Program-made: the position numbers and the translations under genes
Shown here: positions 12,901-21,900 of the stretch, in pieces
How the letters are laid out: the number at the start of each line of letters is the position of its first letter
Numbering within the stretch: position 1 is the stretch's first letter
The notes under the pieces: model-generated
The model's database searches: none
What the model saw: only the letters and a program-made list of their open reading frames with translations
Told to the model about the DNA's origin: nothing
Origin: Oculina patagonica
Lineage: Eukaryota
Assembly: GCF_052425735.1 (NCBI RefSeq)
Contig: NC_135768.1
Coordinates: 4,526,001 to 4,590,000 of the forward strand
DNA: 64,000 nt
Reading direction: 5' to 3'

Positions 12901-15900
12901 GTTTTCATTTTACAGAGAGAATTTGATCGCTACACCCAAAATATGAGAAAAAATTGATAGGTCACCAGACTCGTTTACGAGAAAGCGACAATTTACTTCT
13001 CTCGCGGACTAAGCCACATAGAAAAAAGCCGCCATTTTGTTTAAGCGCGCGCTTATTGCGCGTAAAATTCTGCGCAGTAAAGATGCGCAATGCAATACAG
13101 GGCAATGGCCTTAAATAACAAAAGTTATAATTTCTTCATATTCTGAAAACTGGGTGGGAGGCATGGTGGCCTAATGGTTAGTGAGCTGGACTCATTGTTG
13201 AGTAGTCCAGGTTCAAGCCCTGGCCAGGGTCATTGTGATGTGTTTTGGGACAAGAAACGTTACTCTCACAGTGCCTCTCTCCACCCAGGTGTATAAATGG
13301 GTAGCAGTGAATTTAATGCTAGGGGAAACACTGCGATAGACTAGCATCCCATCCAGGAAGGAGTAGAAATCCTCCTAGTCACTTCATGCTACGGAAACTG
13401 GGCGACGTTTTGGCCTGATGGGCCACTGAGCTCAAATGCAAACTTAACCCATGTTAACTGGAGCTAAGGGTCAGTTTGGTAATGCCATCTAGGTTTGTGG
13501 ACAGACTGGGGGGGTTAAATAGGAAAAATATGATAATTTGTCACTTTCAGGATGCAGCTGCTGGATCCGAATCTGTGCAAGAAGATGGCGCAAAACCAAC
13601 AGACACAGCAAAACAAAAGGCTGCACCAGGAAAAGAGAGACAAAAGTCAATTAAGGCTGATAGAAAGTCTATAAAGAGAAATGGCACAACTGGTTAGTGT
13701 TTTAAGTACTACCTCAAACTTATTAATGATTCATCTCATTAAAACAAAGGACATCAGAGCCGTGACGGTGGTTTGGATATGTGATCTTAATTATCATAGA
13801 CTTTGATGATTAAAGTTCTCTGTAGTTTTAGTTTCAGTTAAGAATATATATAAAATACTTGAGAGTGTGTTTCATCAAACTTCCAAACACCTTGAAGTTC
13901 ATCAAAAATACTCCGCTTAACATCATCTCTTCAACTACCTTATTGTTACTTATTTTCGCGGGACTTAATCTTCGCGATTTTCGCGATCTTCAAAAAATCG
14001 CGAAATTAAAGACCCGCGAAAATTTATTTCAAACGTTTTCTATTGTATTTTTTATGCTAATTAGGGATTTTTGGCCAAATCGCGAAAATTAAGTGCCGCG
14101 AAATATGCCCGTTCCATTTTCGCGAAAATAAGTAACAATAAGGTATCTTCTTGGTGTTTGGAAAAGTGATGCGTCAAACTTCCGTGTAGAAAAGGAGTTG
14201 AAGAGAGAGAAAGGAATTGGCCAATTGACATTATTAACAGTGATGTTTCCTGTACTGCTACCACTCAATACATTTTTCATTGACATCATTCGCAGCATCT
14301 CTAATAATTATCAGCAAACTACATTGTGCGTCACCAGGGTCATAGGCAGGGGGTGCAATGGGTGCATCCACACCCACCCACAGGCCACAAAGGTCCGCTT
14401 AATCGAGGAGTGAGGGTTAAAATGACTCTCAAAATGCAGGAAATGTGGATTTCATTCATTTCCCGTGGGAGAATACCGCAGACCCCCCTAGACTGTCAGA
14501 CCTCAGGCGCTTGCACCCACCCATTCAAAATCCTGCCTACATCCCTGATCACTATTGATATAAAACACCACATTGAGATTAAAAGAACATGAATGGAAAA
14601 ACATTCTGTTTGGATAATTTTGGTGATTTATTTACAGATTCACTCACAGCTGACCTCCCTCCTATGAATCTGAATCAGAGACGTGGCTCAGAATTGATTC
14701 TAAGAGAAGCCTTAAGACGAGAGAGTTCCCGTGATGAAAATATTGCAGGGATAAGACCGCTTCAGCTGCAGAAGGGTGGCAGTCAGCATCCAGCTGTGAC
14801 TAGCCGTTCCCTCTCGCTTCAAGCAGCTCCTTCTCCTGTTACCGTGGAAAAAGGAGGACCTTTTGCCAAGAGATCTAGAAGCACCAAGAAGCGAGAAGGC
14901 AAGACGCAGTCTCTTATCTGTTTTAATAACCCAGAAGGTAAGTACCTGAAGGATCTCATGTGGGATTGGCCAGTTTTTGGGGCCTTTATGGACATGTCTG
15001 TATTCACTACGCCAAAAAGGAACCTTTACACCTTGCCAATTTTTGCTTGTTGAAATTTTCCATCTCATTTTGTTTACCAGCCAATGTATTTTTAAGGTTT
15101 TGAAAATGTTTTCAATGGCAAATTTGTTTGGTCCTCTTTAATTGGTTTTATTGATTTGGTTGTTTCATTTTAACACAAATTTCTGTGCAAACAAGCATTG
15201 ATTTATAATTTTCGGCAAATATTTTGGCTAAATGAAGTTGCAAAATAATGGTTATTTAATTTGATATCATCCCCAAATTTGGTATTAACTAATTAATGAG
15301 CAAACTGTGTGGCAATCCAGACATATCAGTTAATAAGCATATTCATCCAACAGTATACCACTGACGTGAAGTTGTCATAGAGGGGTAACTTCAATTTATT
15401 GACTAATCTGTATCAGAGTAAAAATACAATTCATTAGTATGGCACTGGTATATTTGTTATAACATACTCACTTGTGAAATGTACATGCAGCTAAAATGTG
15501 ATAAAAAACATTTGTGTGTCATAATGTCGCCGTTAATTTGTTTTAAAACATCAATATTGTTGGAGCTTAAGGGCTTAAGGAGTGAATGAAAGCCAAAGGT
15601 AAGATTATAGCTAAGTGCAAAAAAGATCAATTTAGTGAGGCATTAGTACAAGAACATTTGTGTGCATGTATATACTTGTACATCATGCTGAATTTGGGGA
15701 TGATATAAAATATATTGAATTACTAATTCTAATAATATCTAAATCAGTTTCGGAGTAAGATAATATGTATGTCATTTAATGTGTTATTGATGACAAAAAC
15801 TTGACATTAAAAAGAAATGAAAAATCAACATTTTCCTTGCAGTTAATGTTACATAAAACTTGAACACTTGTTGATTGGGAATTAGAAAATGAATAAAACT

Positions 15901-18900
15901 TTTTGAACAAAGTAAACATTACAATAAACCCATAAAGGCCTAAACCATAAAATCAAAGATAAAACAAATCAAATAAGTTTTTGAGTTAACGTGATGTTGT
16001 CTTGAATCAGAAGTACCAGTATACCTGTATTTCAATAAACTCGATAAATGCCAGGCCTCCGACCCACATGGGAACCATCGGGTATGTAGAATATATGTGT
16101 ATTCTTCTTTTTTCATAAACAATACTAATACAAACACTTGAGTGAATTAATATCTTAATCTTAACCCAATAACAACCATTGGTTTTAAACTAACCTTAAA
16201 AAAGTAATTACTGTATGTTAATAAAAAAAATAATTATTGATTAATCCATTAACAGTCATAGATACATATAATTAATTTTCTTTATAATAGCTTATCTTAG
16301 TATTTATGTTTAGTAAGGATTGTATGTAGCATTTTAAAGCTGATGTTTTAACCGTGTTGAAATAAAGATTACCAACTAATTGCACTAAAAGGTCATAGAA
16401 ACATTATTCGTTCAGTTTTTGTGGAATGGTTGTCTAGTTTCTGTAGGCAGTTCTGCCAAGAAGTGGATAGGATCTGTGTTGCTGTTGAGAACGGCCTTCA
16501 AAGTGCCTCCTGTTGATATCCAGCCTCATCAGAAACGACAACAACGTTGTTTGTCAAACTTTCTTTCTATTAATGATCTTACAAGTTTCCATGTCGTGTT
16601 GTTTGTCACAGTGTACCCTGACAGGGCCTCTTCTAATAATAATGTAACATCTCATAAATTTAAACATTTTTACCATAACATGATACTTTCGTGAGTAACA
16701 TTTAACTTTTCTAATCACTTGCACGCACTTAACGAAATTTTAAATTGTAATAAAATAATCTCAAAAATGTCATCTGAAAGTAAGAAAAATTTCTGTTTTC
16801 AGGAGGTAGTATAAGAGAAGAACACATGGCGTTCCGACATTTTTGTAGGTTCACTTTTATTTTGAAATATAAAAAAAACTTGTAAATCATTGACACCACG
16901 ATGGGCCCTAAGGCCTTTGATCATAATGATAAAATTTGGACAGTCAAGTGACATGTTCTCTTTGTATCAAGCATTACAGTGTTGTGCGCCGTACCATTCA
17001 GCAGAGATGCCAACCTAAAATAAGTGAGTCTGAGAGACCGGAAATTTTGCACCTTGATACCTCTTCTCAATATCCAAAACGGACTAAAAAACAGAGCTCC
17101 ACCAATTCATCCACAAAAAATGCCGCAAATAGTGTGAACTCCCCTCCCCAAATCGCCCAAATTAAGCATGAAACACGTATTGTAAGCTTTTTCTTCATAT
17201 CTGCGAGATTTGATAACCCATACGGACCCGCAGATTTATTCTGAAGGGAGAGACTCCCTGATAATCCAGGAAAGTTGGCATAGATGCCATTGCAACGTGA
17301 TGAAGTTCTTCCATTAACTTCTGACACATTTATGACATCTTTTTGACACCTTACTGGTGGCTTTTGTTTCAATTGACCAATCAAAATGCAAGAGGAGTTG
17401 GAGGCGGAGCAGACGTTTGAGATGAGCTAATGCAGAACTTGACAACTCTGCCTCTCACAGTTCTTGTATTTTAATTGGGCAGTGCAAACAAAAACCATCA
17501 GAAAGTTGTTGAAAATATGTAAAAAAAAATGAAAAACTTTGTTTTAGTCACAATAGTATGATACACAGCCCTGTAATTCAGAGGTACAGGTACATTTGAC
17601 CATTTTATGGGTCTTTTTGTAGGCATTGTGTTGTGGGACTATGTTTTCTGTAGAATATTTCCAAGTTTAAAAAAGTTCAGTTTCATTCCTCATTCAAAAT
17701 GTTCAAAATTTCCTAACAGGATATTTGGTTGAATGGTATATATAGTGTCCATGCATGATTCTTAGCGAAGTAGAGGGTATTTTATACTCTGGCGGTCTGG
17801 CGGATTAAGCCGATTTTGAGTGGTGGTCTGTGGACACACACTTTAATATCTGGTAGTTTACGGTCAAGAAATTTATGACGATCTTGGTCTTCAGGAGAAA
17901 AGAGAAAAAATTGTGGTCTAGGATAAACAAAGTATGGTGGTCTTTGGACTGTACAATCCCCCGATTATAGACCCTCGAAGTAGGTTAAAATGCTTTACCG
18001 ATGATTGCCTACCTACAGGCCTGTGGTCACATTTGTGGTGTCAATGGTTTACATCTATTTTAAACAGCACCAGCAAATATTAAACAATATTTAGAAATAT
18101 ATATTTGTAATTTGATTTGAATTATTGTTAAAGATAGCCATAATTTAATTTTGATAACATGACTTATGATCATAAATGTTTACGTGATAAATGATAAACC
18201 GAAGTGAAACTGTGAGTTTTTGGCTAATTAAGGAGATACTCTTTTGGAAGAGTATCTATTACAGTAGAGAATAGTTGTGTTTATAATGTTTTTTATTGTG
18301 TTCATTGTATTGCTGCCAATTAAGGAGTGAAATAAAGTGTCCAGAATAAACCACCAGTAATAGATTTTGTAGATATTAGAATAGATATCTTAGAATATTT
18401 TATCAAAGACTTTGCTATCTTGCGTGTTTTGTTTGGATGTTTAAAAACCACACGTTTAAGTAGCTTGTGTCTCTGAGAAAAAGCTCTGCAGTATACATTA
18501 CTGATGGAAGTTGCAAATACTGCAATAAATACAGTACTTGGTAGTTGACTTAGAATGCAGCATGTTATATATTTAAAAGTTTGTAAGTGTCCCGCTTACC
18601 AAAACTTTAAAAAAAGCACTCACTCTTGATTGATTAGTAAATGCTCAGAATTTAAACACTGTGTCTGAGTGCTTTTTCCAGAATGTACACATTGCACAAA
18701 GTCTTGTGTCATTTCAAAGCTACATTTTCTTTGTGAGCTATCCCTGCCATCTTTGCGGTGATGTTGTAATCTGTCATTAGGTGATACTTCTGCACACAGC
18801 TGAGAAAAGTTGCCTTTAATTTTCAGACACCAAAGTAGAACCTGCAACTGTCAGAGAACTCAAGGAACGTAAGGTCAGTGAAAAAATATTTAACGTGCGT

Positions 18901-21900
18901 TTCTGAAGCGTGTCTGGGGGGGCCCCCCCCCCCCAATTACTGAAGCCCGGGCCTCATTACTGGAATTTTACGGTGATAACTTTCAAGATTTTGCAACTCA
19001 AGAAGTACTTTTTTTGCCATAACTCCCCATTCCTGACTACCTCTCTTCCCATATGCCTTACTGGTTGTTCTTTTAGTCATTAATTTTTGTATTTAATTTC
19101 ATTAGGGGTTCATAAAAATTAACCAAAAACATCAGAAAGAGATGGACATGCTTGTAAGAAAACACGAAAAGGTAAAATCTGTTCTTGTAATATAAGTATG
19201 ATAGGCCTGCAATACGTGCAAACGGTTACAGGTACATAGCTCTCTGCACACATTGCATGCCTGTAATACTAGTATGATAGGCCTGCAATGTGTGCAAATT
19301 GTCTGGATACTAACCAATATTGTTTACCTCAGGATAAAGACAAACTTCAAAAGAGCCACTTGTTGGAACAAGAAAAGTTGCTCAAAGACCTGGACAAGGA
19401 GAAGCTTTCTGCAAAGAAAAAAAGTGATAAGGAGTTAAAGAAAGCAGAGAAGAAAGGGTATGCGTCTACTGAATTTTTTTTACGTAATACAAAAAAGAAT
19501 TTTGCATAGATAGGGGACCTTACTTTGTTTTTCCAATCTAACTGTTTTTGTAGAAATTATGAAGATAGTTACCGTAAAGGAGTGGAGGACATGAACAGCC
19601 TTACTCAAACGCATGAAGTGAAGGTATGTGTTGCTTTAATCTGATGGCACAATTTCTTTTCGAAGTGCTATCTTAAAGTCTATCACAGAAACCCATAAGG
19701 ATTAAAACGTGTAACTCCCTATGATTCGTATTATACAAAGCGTTTGCACATTCACTTCCACAAAGTACCATATTTGAAAAATTATGAGATCAAATTACCA
19801 CGAATTCAAGTAACTTTTCACAAAACTGAAAATGTTGCTGTGTGTGTCATTACATGTATAAAGCATTCGCATACAAACTCTTAGTTTTTCCAAATATGGT
19901 ACTTGGCAAAACTGAATTTATTCAAACCCTGTGGATGCGTGCTATAACTTTCAACCCCTAATGAGTTTCTGGTAATATCCATAACATATGAAAACCAGGC
20001 CTGCCATGAAAAAAATGAAGTTAAAACTGTTCTCTTTGTTTGGAAATGATGGGTAAGTATGACGATTTCTAGGCTTGAAACAATCTTAAACCTCCCCTTT
20101 GCTTTCTTTAAATAATTACTTGATGACAGATTTTTCTTGATATATTGAACATCTATGTAATTGTTTCTTTGGAACTCAGTGAAAACGTACCATGATACTT
20201 TAACTACTAACTTGTCACTCATTCGTGTTCACTGATCATATTGGCTAAATAACATGCATTATTTCAATAAATACATGATCTTATTGCACATTGTGGAGGT
20301 ACTTGTCCAAGTTGTATCTTTAACTGTCTTTTCTGTGGCATTTAACACAGTGTAATTTATAAAGTTACCTGGCATTAGTGTGTGAAAAAAAGAAATATAA
20401 TATAAAAATAAATTGCCGAGTTAAAATGCCATAACTCGCATTAACTGCAAAGTTACCTTTTAATAACTATTGTTAATTACACAATAAAATTACACTTATT
20501 AAAAACTGCCTTATCACTTGCATTAAAATATGGTATGGACGTAACCCAGATTGCATAAAAAACCTCACGTTCAAAGCTGCATGATTTAACTAATATGCTT
20601 ATTGCACAGCAAAGCAAAAGCTTTGGTAAAAAAAAGTAAGCGCGCGCACTTTGTGGCACAATTTAACCTGCATGGCCTGAGTTCAAGTGCATGACATGAG
20701 TATTCTTTACGTTTCTTATGCAAAACTCTTGTGGTTTCTTCTCTTGGAACTCGTAGGAGCAGCAAGCTGGTCTTGACAGAGAAACAAGTGTATGTACATG
20801 CATTTCACAGCTTAAAACTTTAATACATCAATAGTGCAACAGCACAACAGTGCACCTGTGATAAGAAATAACTGATTTGTTTCAAAATGTGGAAAAAACG
20901 AGTTGTTTGGTAGTTACTGTGCCGCCTGTTTCAGAAGGCAAGTCCATTATCCGTGTTCTCAGCAATAATGTTTGTTCAAGAATCTGCTTCACATTTGGCC
21001 AGTTGAAAGGCTGGTGATAATATAAAGATGTGATTTGGCAATATTTGGCGATTCTACAGTGATTGTTGCTTTCAAAAGGGGAAAGGATGCCACCCCCTCG
21101 AGTTTTTTTCGTAGTTTTTTAAAAGGGGATTTATTCTATGATGCTGAACCTTTCAGTAGCTGTTCATTCATCCCTTGCAGAAATTTTGATATGTCAACTG
21201 TGTCCATAATTTCTACTTTGCCATGTCAATGTCATAATTAGAAGCAGGTCATGTTTGACAACATTTTTCTTTGTCCAGTTTCTTACAACAAAATTGGCGT
21301 TTTGATTAATTTTACATGCCAATAGCATTCTGACTTGATTTTGTATCAAATGCTGTTATTTTCTGACCTTCTAAGAATGTAGTCAAATGCAAGATGACAG
21401 ATCCAAGATGGTGGTTGTAATAAAGCCATATGACGTCACAGCCAACAAATTTATGTCATTTTGTAGAGTAAGCTAACGGCTTTCTACTGAGTGCAAAATA
21501 TTTTTGCTTTGCATTTATAGGAAGTGATTGCATGAGATTCTGCACGCTGTAGATAAGTCAATTTCTTTCACACAAGCAGTCACTGCACCAAATTCTTGTC
21601 ATTCATTTCACACATATGTGCCACGCCCAAAATCTTTTTTCAAGAGTTTGAAATTCTCGCAGTGTTTTTTTTAATGTTGCGTAATAAACCAATGCATATA
21701 ATCATGGTGGACATTTTGGTAGTTCAGGATTTTTGCCTTCCTCTGACTTCGTTCAACATTGGATTTTACCCCACCCCCCACGCCCCCAATTGTTTACATA
21801 TGCATGCTTACACTGTCACTAGAGAAGCCTGAAATACTTGCATGACACCAGACCAAATTGAATACTTACGTGACATGTAATACATGACACAAAATATCAC

